A stretch of DNA of 64,000 nucleotides, from NCBI GenBank assembly GCA_045633565.1, contig JAZQYO010000007.1, positions 8,724-72,723 of the forward strand. The letters are read 5' to 3'. Origin of the DNA: Clostridia bacterium (lineage in GTDB: Bacteria; Bacillota; Clostridia; RUG12999). Under the pieces are notes generated by a model. The model saw nothing but the letters and a program-made list of their open reading frames with translations, had not been told where the DNA came from and made no database searches. Shown one piece after another: positions 18,159 to 31,036 of the stretch (the stretch's first letter is position 1; each line of letters starts with the position of its first letter). Made by a program: the position numbers and the translations under genes.

Positions 18159-19352
18159 TTATTTCTCCTTTTTAAGAGGTTTTGTGCTTCTTTCTAAAAT
18201 TCCGTTAAGATACGCAATGAGCGTGCCGTAATTTGTAACGGGAACGCCTGCGTCCTGAGCCGCAGAAATCCGGCTTTTCACTTCCGTTTCGGGCAGAGTG
18301 CATCCTCCGCAATGCACGACAAGTTTGTATTTATCAAAGTTTTTCGGGAAATCTCCGCCTGAGGCAAAGTCAAACTCAATTTTCTTGCCCGTTTTTTCCA
18401 TAATCCAGCGAGGAATTTTAACCGTTCCGATGTCCTCACATTGGCGGTGATGCGTGCAGCCTTCGGCAATTAAAATTTTATCTCCGTCTAAGAGATTCTC
18501 CACCGCCTTTGCTGCGTCCGCCATTTTCCAAAGCTGCCCTTTATACCTTGAAAAGAGTATGGAAAATGAGGTCAAAGGCACATCTTCGGGAACTATTTTT
18601 GCGACTTTTTTAAAGACTTGAGAATCTGTTATAACAAGGTCGGGTTTGCCGACTTTTTCTAAGGTTTCAGCAAGCTCGGTATCCTGCACGCAAAGGGCAT
18701 TTGCACCGCTTTCTAAAATGTCACGGATGGTCTGCTGCTGAGGCAGGATAAGTCTGCCTTTGGGTGCGGACTCATCTATCGGGATTACTAAAACTACCAA
18801 ATCGCCCTCTTTTATGAGGTCGCCAACAAGGCGTTTGTCCGGCTCTTTTTTTGCAAAAGTGCCGAGGAGATTTTTTAAGTCTTCTATATTCTCCCCCGTT
18901 TTTGCACTGACGCAAATATCATGCGGATATTCTGCCTTTACCGGCTCAGCCTCATCAAGCTTGTTTCTTACTACCACAAAGGGGAGTTTTTTCTTTTCTA
19001 TTTCTTTTATAATCTCTTTTTCCGGCTCGCCTACACCATTTTTTATATCGGTGCAAACTATGGCAATGTCCGTTTTGTTTAAAGCTCCGTAGGTTTTTTC
19101 AACCCTCATTTTTCCAAGCTCGCCCTCATCATCAAGCCCGGCGGTGTCAATAAGCGTCACCGGACCTAAGGGAAGCAGCTCCATATTTTTATAAACTGGG
19201 TCTGTCGTTGTACCGGCAAAGTCTGACACAATAGCAAGGTTTTGACCGGTAATCGCATTAATAAGACTTGATTTCCCCGAATTTCGTCTGCCGAAAATGC
19301 CAATGTGAATTCTCTCGGCAGCCGGTGTAGTGTTAAGACTCATAATTATCAC
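18159..19352 (-). CDS. hydF: [FeFe]-hydrogenase H-cluster maturation GTPase HydF
   Basis: N-terminal GTPase (GRRNSGKSSLINA, DTAG, NKLD) plus a C-terminal domain with the CxH...HC..C cluster-binding region (CTHHRQC..HCGGC). Adjacent to hydG and hydE. Confidence 0.85.
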   Translation of the reverse strand: MIIMSLNTTPAAERIHIGIFGRRNSGKSSLINAITGQNLAIVSDFAGTTTDPVYKNMELLPLGPVTLIDTAGLDDEGELGKMRVEKTYGALNKTDIAIVCTDIKNGVGEPEKEIIKEIEKKKLPFVVVRNKLDEAEPVKAEYPHDICVSAKTGENIEDLKNLLGTFAKKEPDKRLVGDLIKEGDLVVLVIPIDESAPKGRLILPQQQTIRDILESGANALCVQDTELAETLEKVGKPDLVITDSQVFKKVAKIVPEDVPLTSFSILFSRYKGQLWKMADAAKAVENLLDGDKILIAEGCTHHRQCEDIGTVKIPRWIMEKTGKKIEFDFASGGDFPKNFDKYKLVVHCGGCTLPETEVKSRISAAQDAGVPVTNYGTLIAYLNGILERSTKPLKKEK

Positions 19353-20771
19353 CTAAAATCTGAAATCACGGACATTTTCTTCAATGAGTTTCAGCCTTTC
19401 GGTTGCAATTTCCCTCACTTTTTCGTTGGGTATATTGGAAAGCTCTTTCATTATAAGCTCATTACCGATTTTCTTGGTGTCCTCAGACGCATAATCCATC
19501 AGAAATTCTTTTAGCGTCATAAGTGCATTGGGGTGACAGCAGTTTTGAATCTGTCCTGTTTTGCAAAGCTGCATAAACCTGTCCCCCGTTCTGCCTTCAC
19601 GGTAACATGCCGTGCAGAAGGACGGGATATATCCCAGCCTCATCAGCCAGTTTACAACCTCGTCAAGCGTTCTTTTGTCGCTGACGTCAAACTGCTCGGA
19701 GTTTTCCTCTTCCGGCTCGGGCTCACAGTAACCGCCCACGCTTGTGCGTGACGCACCGCTTATCTGGGAAACTCCAAGGCGGATAACCTTTTCACGCACT
19801 TCCTTGCTTTCTCTTGTGGAAATAATCATGCCTGTATAGGGCACCGCAAGACGGATAAGTGCGCAAAGTTTTGCAAAAATCTCATCTGAAATTCCGTTAT
19901 CAAAAGTGGTCGGGTCAATATCGTCCGCCCTTTTGATTCTCGGAACGCTGATTGTGTGCGGACCTACACCATGAACCGCCTCAAGATGTTCGGCGTGCAT
20001 AAGTAGTCCCGCAAATTCGTATTTATAAAGCTCAAGTCCAAACAGAACACCAAGACCTACATCATCAATGCCGCCCTCCATGGCTCTGTCCATGGCTTCG
20101 GTATGATAGGCATAGTTGTGTTTTGGGCCTGTCGGATGAAGTTTTTCGTAGCTTTCTTTGTGATAGGTTTCCTGGAACAGGATATATGTGCCTATTTCCG
20201 CCTCTTTAAGCTTTCGGTAGTTTTCCACCGTAGTGGCTGCTATATTCACATTTACCCTGCGGATAGCACCGTTTTTGTGTTTTACATTGTAAATGGTTTT
20301 GATGCAGTCAAGGATATATTCTATCGGATTGTTGACCGGGTCCTCCCCTGCTTCGATTGCAAGGCGTTTGTGACCCATATCCTGCAGAGCAATTACTTCT
20401 TTTTCCACTTCCTCGAGCGAAAGTTTTTTTCTGCAGATGTGCTTGTTCTGATGGTGATATGGGCAGTAAACACAACCGTTTACGCAGTAGTTGGAAAGAT
20501 AAAGCGGCGCAAACATAACAATTCTGTTGCCGTAAAAGTCTTTTTTGAGCTGCTCGGCAAGTGTGTAAATCCGATTTATTCTTTCCTCATCCTCGCAGGC
20601 TAAAAGCACCGATGCTTCCCTGTGACTGAGCCCTTTTCTCTCAGCCGCTTTGTCAATTATTTTATCTATAAGTTCAAAATTATTTTTATTTTTTTCTGCA
20701 TAATCAAGCGTATCAAGAATTTCCTCGTGGTTTATAAATTCTTCCGCTTTAAGTGATTTTGGGTTATACAT
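19353..20771 (-). CDS. hydG: [FeFe]-hydrogenase maturase HydG (radical SAM, ThiH-like)
   Basis: CVNGCVYC radical-SAM CX3CX2C motif and a C-terminal auxiliary cluster motif (CTACYREGRTGDRFMQLC). 472 aa. Confidence 0.85.
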   Translation of the reverse strand: MYNPKSLKAEEFINHEEILDTLDYAEKNKNNFELIDKIIDKAAERKGLSHREASVLLACEDEERINRIYTLAEQLKKDFYGNRIVMFAPLYLSNYCVNGCVYCPYHHQNKHICRKKLSLEEVEKEVIALQDMGHKRLAIEAGEDPVNNPIEYILDCIKTIYNVKHKNGAIRRVNVNIAATTVENYRKLKEAEIGTYILFQETYHKESYEKLHPTGPKHNYAYHTEAMDRAMEGGIDDVGLGVLFGLELYKYEFAGLLMHAEHLEAVHGVGPHTISVPRIKRADDIDPTTFDNGISDEIFAKLCALIRLAVPYTGMIISTRESKEVREKVIRLGVSQISGASRTSVGGYCEPEPEEENSEQFDVSDKRTLDEVVNWLMRLGYIPSFCTACYREGRTGDRFMQLCKTGQIQNCCHPNALMTLKEFLMDYASEDTKKIGNELIMKELSNIPNEKVREIATERLKLIEENVRDFRF

Positions 20772-20825
20772 ATTTTTCTCCTTTCTTTCGGGTCAGAGCC
20801 TCTTCCCCGTCAGATAAAAACTTTA

Positions 20826-21859
20826 TTACTTTTCGTTATAGTCCCCTCTGTCGCACACTATTTCGTAACCGATTTTTAAAATTTGCTCTTTTAATCTTTC
20901 AAGCTGAAATGCATTTTCAGTTCCTGTGTGCAGCTTGTTGTTATAGAGGGTATATTTTTCTCTCGCCTCTTTGGGTGAAAGGTTTGGCATAATAACATTT
21001 GCCCCGGCAAGGATGCCTTTTTCCCTGCCATTTTCCGATGCAGTTCCAAGCGCGGTTGTTGCAGGCAGCAGCACCGACGGCAGCATCAGGCGGATTATTG
21101 CCAGAAGATAAACTGTCAGCTCGGCTGAGCCTTTTTTTTCTTCCCCAAAAGGCGTGTCTTTATGCGGCAAAAACGGGCCAATCCCCACCATCTGGGGTTC
21201 AAATTCCTTAATAAACCGCAGGTCGGAAACTATATTTTCCACCGTCTGTCCCGGCGAACCCACCATAAATCCGCAACCTGTCTGAAAACCTATTTTTTTT
21301 AAGGTTTTCAGACATCTCATGCGGTTCTGGTATGACATTCCGGTCGGGTGAAGGCTTCTGTAATGAGCCTCGCACGCCGTTTCGTGTCTGAGCAGATATC
21401 TGTCCGCACCGGCGGCCCTGAGCTTTTTATAGCTTTCGTCACTTTTCTCCCCCAGCGACAGGGTAACCGCACAATCGGGGTGTTTTGACTTAATGGTTTT
21501 TATCAGATTAACCAGCCGGTCATCTGAAAACTTTACGTCCTCTCCCCCCTGCATTACAAAGGTGCGAAAACCAAGATGGTATCCGTTTTCGCAGGCAGAC
21601 AGAATTTCCTCGTCTGTCAGCCGGTATCGCTCTGCTGCCTTGTTGCTTTTTCTGATTCCACAGTAATAGCAATCATTTTTGCAGTAGTTGGACACCTCGA
21701 TAAGTCCGCGGATAAACACCTTGTTGCCGTAATTCTCCTTTGCACGAATCCGCGCTTTCTCATAGAGATATTCCGGCTCTGGCATTTGAGAAATTAGAGT
21801 TTTCAGCTCATCATCCGATAAATTTCTTTCGTTAAACAGTTTATCAATCAGTTTTTTCA

Positions 21860-21860
<1 letters not shown>
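20826..21860 (-). CDS. hydE: [FeFe]-hydrogenase maturase HydE (radical SAM, BioB-like)
   Basis: CKNDCYYCGIR CX3CX2C motif. 344 aa. Sits in the hydE-hydG-hydF arrangement. Confidence 0.85.
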
Positions 21861-23143
<1,283 letters not shown>

Positions 23144-23158
23144 TTATAATATGTTATG

Positions 23159-24028
23159 TCAACCTCTTTTAAGTCTTGAAACAATTCTATCAAGACTTTC
23201 TTTATCATAGAACTCTATTTCTATTTTACCCTTTTTCTTGCCACTTATAATTTTTACTTTTGTTCCAAGTGCACCCTCAAGAAGCTTTTCAATGTCGTCC
23301 TTTACAACGCTGAACGCTTCCCTTACCTTAGGTAGCCTGTCCGGCTTTTTAAGCAAGTTTACATAATTTTCTAATTGTCTTACTGACATATCTTTTTCAA
23401 TTACAAGATACGCAGTTTTTTCCTGCAAATCCTTATCCTCAATTGCAAGTAAAGTTCTTGCGTGTCCGGCAGAAATTTCAAGCTGTTCAACAAGTTTTCT
23501 GACAGGTGCCGAAAGGTTTAAAAGACGCATGCAATTTGTGATTGCACTACGGCTTTTTCCTACCGATTTACTTATTTCTTCCTGAGTCATTTCAAATTCC
23601 TCAGCAAGACGTGCATAACCCGCAGCTTCTTCAATGGGGTTTAAATCTTCTCTCTGCAGGTTTTCAATCAATGAAAGTTCTGCAACGGCTTTGTCGTCAA
23701 ATTCATATACAACTGCCGGAATTTCTTTAAGCCCAGCCATTTTTGCTGCACGCCAACGACGTTCACCGGCAATTATAGTATAAAATCCATTTTCATTCTT
23801 TTTAACTGCTATCGGCTGAAGAAGTCCATGTTCGGCTATTGAATCAGAGAGCGCCTGAAGTTTTTCAGGGTCAAATGTTTTTCTCGGCTGATTCGGATTT
23901 GGTTCAACCTGCGTAAGCTTAAGAGAATTTACCGGTTTAAGCTCATTTTCTTCTTTTTTTATAAGTATATCCGCATCAGGAATGAGCGCAGATATGCCTT
24001 TACCGAGGCCTCCGGTCTTTTTTGCCAT
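23159..24028 (-). CDS. parB: chromosome partitioning protein ParB/Spo0J
   Basis: GLGKGISALIP.. and ParB box (GERRWRAA) plus HTH. Sits immediately downstream of parA. Confidence 0.9.
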   Translation of the reverse strand: MAKKTGGLGKGISALIPDADILIKKEENELKPVNSLKLTQVEPNPNQPRKTFDPEKLQALSDSIAEHGLLQPIAVKKNENGFYTIIAGERRWRAAKMAGLKEIPAVVYEFDDKAVAELSLIENLQREDLNPIEEAAGYARLAEEFEMTQEEISKSVGKSRSAITNCMRLLNLSAPVRKLVEQLEISAGHARTLLAIEDKDLQEKTAYLVIEKDMSVRQLENYVNLLKKPDRLPKVREAFSVVKDDIEKLLEGALGTKVKIISGKKKGKIEIEFYDKESLDRIVSRLKRG

Positions 24029-24807
24029 TATTTTCTGCCTCCTTTAACCTTATTTTGTTTTAAGAACTCTTTTGCAAGAAGTTCGTAGCATTCAGCACCT
24101 TTGGAGCTTGGGTCATAAACATTTATTGGCTGACCATAGCTGGGCGCTTCGCCCAAACGCACATTTCTGGGTATAAGTGTTGAATAAACCTTACCCGGGA
24201 AGTGATTTTTAACCTCTTCAACCACCTGAATTCCAAGGTTTGTCCTTGCATTAAGCATTGTCAGGAGTATTCCTTCAAGCTCAATATCGGCGTTAAGTGA
24301 TTTCTTTATACGATTAATGTTTCCCATTAAAAGTCCAAGCCCTTCAAGCGCATAGTATTCGCATTGAATTGGAATAAGAACGGTATCAGTCGCCGTCAGA
24401 CAGTTTAATGTAACAAGGCCAAGAGATGGGGGACAGTCAATAAAAATAAAATCAAAGTCATTTTTTATCTGCTGCACCGCATTTTTCAGGCGAAATTCTC
24501 TGTTATCCATATTTACAAGCTCAATTTCAGCACCTGCAAGCTCTTCACACGAATTAATAATGAATAAATTTTTAAAGTCTGTCTTTTTAACGGCATCTTT
24601 TATAGATGAATCTTCAATTAATACACTATAAATACTGTTTTCAGCCGTTTTTTCCATTCCAAGCCCACTTGTAGCGTTTGCCTGGGGGTCAACATCAATC
24701 AAAAGTACTTTTTTTCCTCTTTCAGCAAGCATTGCAGAAAGGTTTATTGCGGTTGTTGTTTTACCGACACCGCCTTTTTGGTTAGCTATTGCAATTATTT
24801 TACTCAT
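24028..24807 (-). CDS. parA: chromosome partitioning ATPase ParA/Soj
   Basis: Deviant Walker A KGGVGKTT. 259 aa. Confidence 0.9.
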   Translation of the reverse strand: MSKIIAIANQKGGVGKTTTAINLSAMLAERGKKVLLIDVDPQANATSGLGMEKTAENSIYSVLIEDSSIKDAVKKTDFKNLFIINSCEELAGAEIELVNMDNREFRLKNAVQQIKNDFDFIFIDCPPSLGLVTLNCLTATDTVLIPIQCEYYALEGLGLLMGNINRIKKSLNADIELEGILLTMLNARTNLGIQVVEEVKNHFPGKVYSTLIPRNVRLGEAPSYGQPINVYDPSSKGAECYELLAKEFLKQNKVKGGRK

Positions 24808-24909
24808 TTCATTCTCCTAAAACAGGGGAGAACACCCCTTTTTACTACATATATAATTATATCACCCTTTTTCCATCTTTTCAAGGGTTTTACTACATTT
24901 ATTATAAAA

Positions 24910-24925
24910 TGTTTCACGTGAAACA
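24910..24925. promoter_or_regulatory. parS centromere site (TGTTTCACGTGAAACA)
   Basis: Perfect 16-bp palindrome matching the Firmicutes parS consensus tGTTtCACGTGAAACa, about 100 nt upstream of parA. Confidence 0.8.
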
Positions 24926-24948
24926 TTGTTAAACACAAAAAAGAGGAA

Positions 24949-24964
24949 TGTTTCACGTGAAACA
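24949..24964. promoter_or_regulatory. second parS site embedded in a 32-bp perfect palindrome (24941-24972) that also forms the gyrA terminator
   Basis: AAGAGGAATGTTTCACGTGAAACATTCCTCTT. On the minus strand it is followed by TTTTGTGTTT, 14 nt after the gyrA stop. Confidence 0.8.
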
Positions 24965-24985
24965 TTCCTCTTTTAATAAGGTCAT

Positions 24986-27502
24986 TTATTCAGTAGTTTC
25001 TGTGGCTTCCACAGTCTGAGCTTCTTCAGCAACTTCTTCAGCCTCTTCTTTGTCAACAACTGCAATTGATGCAACCTTGGTTTCATCGGTAACTTTTATA
25101 AGTTTAACACCCTGAGAAACTCTGCCGCATGTCCTTATTTCTTCTGAGCTGATTCTGATTACAACTCCACCGGTTGTTATAAGAATCAGGTCTTCTTCGC
25201 CGGTCACAGCTTTAATGCCAACTATCTCACCGGTCTTTTCGGTAATTGCATAGTTCTTAACGCCCATACCTCCTCTGGCCTGAACTTTGTATTCGTCAGT
25301 CGGAGTACATTTACCAAAGCCATTTTCGCTTACTGTTAGCAGAAGCTTTCCTTCCTCTTCAATTTCCATACCTATAATATAGTCGTTGCCTTTGAGCTTC
25401 ATTGCACGAACGCCACGGGCATTTCTGCCGACAGTTCGAACATCTGATTCCTCAAATTTTATTGCCATACCACCGTGTGTTGCAATCATAATGTTCTTGC
25501 TGCCATCGGTCATTTTAACGTCAATCAACTCATCATTTTCATCAAGGTTTATTGCAATAAGACCGCCCTTAATTCTGCTGTTATAATGCGATAAAACGGT
25601 CTTTTTGATAACCCCAAATTTGGTTAACATAATTAAATATTTATCCTCTTCAAACTCCTTAACAGGAATCATGGCAGTTATCTTTTCACCCTCATCAAGC
25701 TGGAGAAGATTAACAAGCGCCATACCTTTGGATGTTCTTGAGGTTTCGGGAACTCTGTAAGCTTTAATCTTAAACATTCTGCCCTTGTTACTGAAGAACA
25801 TTATAAAGTCATGTGACATGCAGGGGAGAATGGTGTCGGCAACGTCTTCCTCACGGGCTTTAAGTCCGGTAATGCCTCTGCCTCCACGATGCTGAGTTTT
25901 ATAAGTATCAATTGACTGACGTTTGATGTAACCAAACTTTGTAAGAGTGAGAATATTTTCTTCCATAGGAATTAAATCTTCGTCCTCAATAAAGTCAATT
26001 GCAGGCTCAATTGTGGTCATTCTGCCGTCGCCATATTTGTCACGGATTTCAAGAAGCTCTGTTTTAATCTGTTCCATAAGAGCGCTTCTGTCATTAAGCA
26101 GTCTGTTATATTCATTAATTTTGACGCCAAGCATGTCATATTCTTCGTCAATTTTCTCGCCGTTTAATCTTTGCAGCTGACCCAGCTTCATTTCAAGAAC
26201 GCTCTGCGCCTGGATTGCAGACATTCCAAAGCGCTCCATCAGACGCTCTTTTGCGTCATCATAGGATTCTCTGATAACTTTAATAACTTCATCAATATTG
26301 GAAAGTGCAATTCTAAGACCTTCAAGGATATGTCTTCTTGCCTCTGCTTTTTCAAGGTCAAATTTAGTTCTGCGGGTAACAATTTCCTCCTGGAAACTGA
26401 TAAAACTTGCCAGAATTTCTTTAAGACCCATCGTTTTGGGTTTACCGTCTGAGATTGCAAGCATATTTATTGAAAAGCTATCCTGAAGTCTGGTATATTT
26501 ATAAAGCTGATTTAAAACAACCTGCGGATTAGCATCTCTCTTTAAGAATATTTCAAGTCTGATGCCTACACGGTCGGAAGAATGGTCGTCAATATCAGAA
26601 AGACCTTCAATTTTCTTGTCTTTAACCAGTTCAGCAATGGATTCAACAAGCATTTTCTTGTTAACCTGGTAGGGGAGCTCGGTAACAATAATTGAAGATG
26701 TACCGTCTTTGTGCTCCTCAATTTCAGCTTTTGCACGGATAATTACCTTTCCTCGACCTGTTTCATAAGCACTTCTGATACCGCTGATGCCCATGATAGA
26801 CGCTTTTGTGGGGAAATCCGGACCTTTTATGTAGTCCATCAGCTCGTCCACAGTAATTTCCGGGTTGTCAATCTGCGCAACTACCCCGTCTAAAACCTCT
26901 TCTAAGTTGTGCGGCGGAATATTTGTCGCCATACCAACCGCAATACCCGAGCTGCCGTTGATTAAGAGAGTGGGAACTCTGGTAGGGAGTACAACCGGCT
27001 CTTTCCTTTTTTCGTCAAAGTTGGGTGCAAAATCAACGGTGTTTTTATCAATATTTTCAAGAAGTACATTGGCAATCTTGCTCATTCTTGCTTCGGTATA
27101 ACGGTAAGCAGCCGGAGGGTCTCCGTCCACCGAGCCGAAGTTACCGTGACCGTCAATAAGCGGATATCTCATAGAGAAATCCTGCGCAAGACGAACCATC
27201 GCATCATAAACAGAAGCATCACCGTGGGGGTGATATCTACCGATAACGTTACCAACAGTGGTAGCCGATTTAAAAAAGGGCTTGTCAACCGTCAGATGCT
27301 CTTCAAACATAGAATATAAAATACGTCTGTGAACAGGTTTTAAACCGTCACGAACATCAGGAAGGGCACGGGAAACTATAACGCTCATTGCATAGTCAAT
27401 AAACGCTTCCTTCATTCTTTTTTCTATATCAACATTAACAATGGTTTGTGTATCAAAATATTCCTCAAAATGGGAATCTTCATATTTTTTATTTTTAGCC
27501 AT
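24986..27502 (-). CDS. gyrA: DNA gyrase subunit A
   Basis: 838 aa with active-site region ..AAMRYTEARM.., and a C-terminal beta-pinwheel with acidic tail. Confidence 0.97.
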   Translation of the reverse strand: MAKNKKYEDSHFEEYFDTQTIVNVDIEKRMKEAFIDYAMSVIVSRALPDVRDGLKPVHRRILYSMFEEHLTVDKPFFKSATTVGNVIGRYHPHGDASVYDAMVRLAQDFSMRYPLIDGHGNFGSVDGDPPAAYRYTEARMSKIANVLLENIDKNTVDFAPNFDEKRKEPVVLPTRVPTLLINGSSGIAVGMATNIPPHNLEEVLDGVVAQIDNPEITVDELMDYIKGPDFPTKASIMGISGIRSAYETGRGKVIIRAKAEIEEHKDGTSSIIVTELPYQVNKKMLVESIAELVKDKKIEGLSDIDDHSSDRVGIRLEIFLKRDANPQVVLNQLYKYTRLQDSFSINMLAISDGKPKTMGLKEILASFISFQEEIVTRRTKFDLEKAEARRHILEGLRIALSNIDEVIKVIRESYDDAKERLMERFGMSAIQAQSVLEMKLGQLQRLNGEKIDEEYDMLGVKINEYNRLLNDRSALMEQIKTELLEIRDKYGDGRMTTIEPAIDFIEDEDLIPMEENILTLTKFGYIKRQSIDTYKTQHRGGRGITGLKAREEDVADTILPCMSHDFIMFFSNKGRMFKIKAYRVPETSRTSKGMALVNLLQLDEGEKITAMIPVKEFEEDKYLIMLTKFGVIKKTVLSHYNSRIKGGLIAINLDENDELIDVKMTDGSKNIMIATHGGMAIKFEESDVRTVGRNARGVRAMKLKGNDYIIGMEIEEEGKLLLTVSENGFGKCTPTDEYKVQARGGMGVKNYAITEKTGEIVGIKAVTGEEDLILITTGGVVIRISSEEIRTCGRVSQGVKLIKVTDETKVASIAVVDKEEAEEVAEEAQTVEATETTE

Positions 27503-27515
27503 AACTTAATACTCC

Positions 27516-29462
27516 TTATACATCGAGGTTTGTAACATACTGAGCATTTTCCTCGATGAAAATTCTTCTGGGTTCAACCTCATCACCCATTAAGATACTG
27601 AAGATTTCGTCTGCTCTTTCGGCGTCTTCGAGTGTGACCTTAAGAAGAATTCTGTTTTTGGGGTCCATGGTTGTTTCCCAAAGCTCTTCGGGGTTCATTT
27701 CACCAAGACCTTTATAGCGGCTGATGTCAACCTTGGCATTTTCGTCGCCGTCTTTAAGTTCTGCACTTATGCGGTCTCTTTCTTCGTCACTGAAAGCAAC
27801 CTGGGATTTTTTACCTCTTGAAACCTTATAAAGAGGCGGTTTTGCAAGGTAAATATGCCCTGTTTCAATAAGATCTCTCATAAATCTGAAGAAAAATGTG
27901 AGAAGAAGCGTCTGAATATGAGCGCCGTCAACGTCGGCATCGGCCATAATAATTATTTTGTCATAACGGAGTTTTTCAAGATTAAATTCTTCACCGATTC
28001 CTGTACCAAGCGCCTGAATAACAGGTGTCAGCTTATCATTGCCGTAAACCTTGTCAGCTCTTGCTTTTTCAACATTGAGCATTTTACCCCAGAGGGGGAG
28101 AATAGCCTGATATTTACTGTCTCTGCCATTTTTAGCAGAGCCGCCTGCCGAGTCACCTTCGACAATGTAAATTTCCGTTTTGGTCGGGTCTTTTACAATA
28201 CAGTCGGTAAGTTTGCCGGGAAGCGAGCTTGAACCGAGCGGAGTTTTTCTTGTTGCTTCTCTTGCTTTTCTTGCTGCAAGTCTTGCACGGGAGGCAAGAA
28301 GAGCTTTTTCTATAATAGCACGACCAACCTGCGGGTTTTCTTCAAGGAAGTCCGCAAGCTTTTCTTTTACCATGTTTTCAACAATGGAGCGCATTTCCGA
28401 GTTTCCAAGCTTGGTTTTTGTCTGCCCTTCAAACTGTGGCTCGGTAAGTTTTACGGAAATTACCGCAATAATGCCTTCACGGGCATCGTCACCGGTAAGC
28501 TCTTCGTTATCTTTTATAAGCTTATATTTTCTGCCATAATCGAGCAGCACCTTTGTAAGTGCGGATTTAAAGCCTGTTTCATGTGTTCCGCCCTCAGTTG
28601 TGGAAATGTTGTTGGCAAATGATTCAATTACCTCGTCATAACCATTATTCCACTGAATTGCAACCTCTGCCATGCTTCCGTTTTTCTCACCGCTGACATA
28701 GATTACTTTTTCATGAATATATTCAAGACTGTCACGTCTTGATTTTTTATCGTCAAAAAGGTAGGAAACAAAGTTTCTGATACCGCCGTCATACTGGAGT
28801 ACTTCTTCAACCTTTTCATTTTCACGAAGGTCTGTAAATACTATTCTGATACCACCGTTTAAAAATGCCTGTTCTCTAAGTCTTTTAAGAAGAACATCAT
28901 AGTCATAAACGGTTGTTTCAAAGATTTCATCATCTGCCCAGAAGGTAATTTCAGTACCTGTTCTGTCAGTTTTGCCTGAAATGTGAACTTCGCCGTCCGG
29001 AATGCCCCGTTTATAGCTTTGGCTCCATATATTTTCACCGTCATGAACTTCAACGGTGAGCTTTTTAGACAAAGCATTAACAACCGACGCACCAACACCG
29101 TGCAGACCGCCGGATACTTTATATCCGCCACCGCCGAATTTACCGCCGGCATGAAGCACTGTAAATACAACGTCAATTGTTGAAATTCCCATTTTAGGAT
29201 GAATTCCGTGGGGAATACCACGGCCATTGTCCTTTACAGTAACAGAATTGTCCTTGTTTATAATAACATCAATCTGACTGCAAAATCCTGCCAACGCTTC
29301 GTCAATAGAGTTGTCCACAATTTCATAAACCAGGTGATGCAGACCTCTTTCGGAGGTTGAACCAATATACATACCCGGTCTTTTTCTGACAGCCTCAAGA
29401 CCTTCTAAGACCTGAATTTGGTTTTCATCATAATTATTATTCATCATTTTTTCGGTTTCCAT
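27516..29462 (-). CDS. gyrB: DNA gyrase subunit B
   Basis: 648 aa with GHKL ATPase (..[16 protein letters not shown]..), Toprim (EGDSAGG) and ..PLKGKILNVEKA.. motifs. Confidence 0.97.
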   Translation of the reverse strand: METEKMMNNNYDENQIQVLEGLEAVRKRPGMYIGSTSERGLHHLVYEIVDNSIDEALAGFCSQIDVIINKDNSVTVKDNGRGIPHGIHPKMGISTIDVVFTVLHAGGKFGGGGYKVSGGLHGVGASVVNALSKKLTVEVHDGENIWSQSYKRGIPDGEVHISGKTDRTGTEITFWADDEIFETTVYDYDVLLKRLREQAFLNGGIRIVFTDLRENEKVEEVLQYDGGIRNFVSYLFDDKKSRRDSLEYIHEKVIYVSGEKNGSMAEVAIQWNNGYDEVIESFANNISTTEGGTHETGFKSALTKVLLDYGRKYKLIKDNEELTGDDAREGIIAVISVKLTEPQFEGQTKTKLGNSEMRSIVENMVKEKLADFLEENPQVGRAIIEKALLASRARLAARKAREATRKTPLGSSSLPGKLTDCIVKDPTKTEIYIVEGDSAGGSAKNGRDSKYQAILPLWGKMLNVEKARADKVYGNDKLTPVIQALGTGIGEEFNLEKLRYDKIIIMADADVDGAHIQTLLLTFFFRFMRDLIETGHIYLAKPPLYKVSRGKKSQVAFSDEERDRISAELKDGDENAKVDISRYKGLGEMNPEELWETTMDPKNRILLKVTLEDAERADEIFSILMGDEVEPRRIFIEENAQYVTNLDV

Positions 29463-29731
29463 ATATTACCCTCCATATTCATGGAACTTAATCTCTTAAT
29501 TAGTGTTGCAGAGGAGATAGGGGAGATATAAACTATTTGCTTATCATTATATTGTGTTACAATAAAGGATTTTGGCAAATCCTCCTCGGAAACATTTACA
29601 ATAAAATCTTCTTCCTGAGAAATTGACAAAAATTCTCTTGTTATCTTTGATGTAGTGGTATTTTCAAAATCAAATATCGCTACAATATCGTCCGAATGAA
29701 CCATACAGTCGCTTCCAATATGCAAATACAT
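29444..29731 (-). CDS. DUF370 domain protein (RemB/YaaB-like)
   Basis: 95 aa. Position between recF and gyrB matches the conserved Firmicutes remB/yaaB locus. Confidence 0.65.
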   Translation of the reverse strand: MYLHIGSDCMVHSDDIVAIFDFENTTTSKITREFLSISQEEDFIVNVSEEDLPKSFIVTQYNDKQIVYISPISSATLIKRLSSMNMEGNIWKPKK

Positions 29732-29734
29732 AAC

Positions 29735-30829
29735 CTAACCCTCTTTTACAATTCCTTTTTCAACTTTAAAAAGTTTAGGCCGGAGCTCCTCCGGAACAAT
29801 TGTTTTTTCAGTTCCGGTAATTATCACCTGTTTATCACACAGTTGTTGCATTAAATATTTTCTTCTTTTTATATCAAATTCGCTTGTTATATCGTCAAGC
29901 AGCAAAACCGGATACTCTCCTGTCTGCTGATAAAACAGCTCTGCCTGCACCATTTTAAGTGCAAGAACTATACTTTTCTGTTGTCCCTGTGAACCGTAGA
30001 TTTTTGCATTTTTTCCGTTGATATAAAAGAGCAAATCATCCCGGTGAGGACCTACAAGACAAGTCTTTTCCCTGATTTCTTTTTCTTTATTTATTGTTAA
30101 AGCCCTTAAAAACTCTTGCCTTATATATTCTTTGTCGCCCGATTCATCAAACTGAACCGTTTTTATATATTTAAGCTTAATTTCTTCTTTTCCTTCGCTT
30201 ATTTCTTCAAAAACCGGCTTTATAATTTCCTTGATTTTATTAACAAGCGAAATTCTAAACCACATTATAGTGCTTCCGTATTCAGCAAGTTTTTCATTCC
30301 ACACATCAAGGGTTTTTTCTGCCCCTTCCTCTTTTAAAAGCTTATTTTTTTGAAGGAGCGTTCTGTTATAATCTGTAAGTGCAGACAGGTATTTTTTTCT
30401 TAGTTGACCTGCACAAAGGTCCATATATCTTCTGCGGTAAAAAGGACTGTCTTTTACAGTGTCCATATCCTGAGGGGAAAATAAAACAACATTTAAATTA
30501 CCTATAAAATCAATTCTTCTTTTAAAGGCAACACCGCTTACTTCAATTTTTTTTCCTTTTTCTTTTTCAAAAGTAATTTTATTTTCTTTTTTTCTTCCGC
30601 CTGATTCATATTTCACCGAAATTTCTGCTCTTTGTTTGCCGAAATTTATAAACCCCATGTCCGGAGAAAATTTAAAACTTTTTGCCATACTGCAAAAATA
30701 TATTCCTTCAATAAGGTTAGTTTTTCCCTGGGCATTATCTCCGTAAATCAAATTAATTTCGGGAGAAAGACTTAACTTTAAATTTTCATAATTTCTGAAA
30801 TTTTTAAACTCTATTTCGGTTATAAACAT
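29735..30829 (-). CDS. recF: DNA replication and repair protein RecF
   Basis: Walker A GDNAQGKTNLIEG and ABC signature-like region. Conserved dnaN-yaaA-recF-gyrB order. Confidence 0.95.
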   Translation of the reverse strand: MFITEIEFKNFRNYENLKLSLSPEINLIYGDNAQGKTNLIEGIYFCSMAKSFKFSPDMGFINFGKQRAEISVKYESGGRKKENKITFEKEKGKKIEVSGVAFKRRIDFIGNLNVVLFSPQDMDTVKDSPFYRRRYMDLCAGQLRKKYLSALTDYNRTLLQKNKLLKEEGAEKTLDVWNEKLAEYGSTIMWFRISLVNKIKEIIKPVFEEISEGKEEIKLKYIKTVQFDESGDKEYIRQEFLRALTINKEKEIREKTCLVGPHRDDLLFYINGKNAKIYGSQGQQKSIVLALKMVQAELFYQQTGEYPVLLLDDITSEFDIKRRKYLMQQLCDKQVIITGTEKTIVPEELRPKLFKVEKGIVKEG

Positions 30830-30831
30830 GT

Positions 30832-31035
30832 TTAAATTACCTTACAGATTTCATTTTCAAAAGATACTTCATCGCCGGGATAAATCTTTTTACCTCTCAT
30901 TAAAACTGTTTCACCATTAACTTTTACAAGTCCATCTAAAATTACTTCTTTTGCCTCACCACCGGTTGAGCAAAGACCTGAAAATTTTAAAAGTTGGTCA
31001 AGTTTTATAAAAGGTGTTGTAATTTTTATTTCCAT
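30832..31035 (-). CDS. yaaA: S4-domain RNA-binding protein YaaA
   Basis: 67 aa S4-like protein (..GEAKEVILDGLVKVNGE..) in the conserved position between dnaN and recF. Confidence 0.8.
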   Translation of the reverse strand: MEIKITTPFIKLDQLLKFSGLCSTGGEAKEVILDGLVKVNGETVLMRGKKIYPGDEVSFENEICKVI

Positions 31036-31036
31036 T

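Noticed and set aside
24900-24975. Repeated 16-mers that could be mistaken for a CRISPR-like or direct-repeat array
   Set aside because: There are only two copies and they are perfect palindromes matching the parS consensus. No spacer-repeat periodicity and no cas genes.
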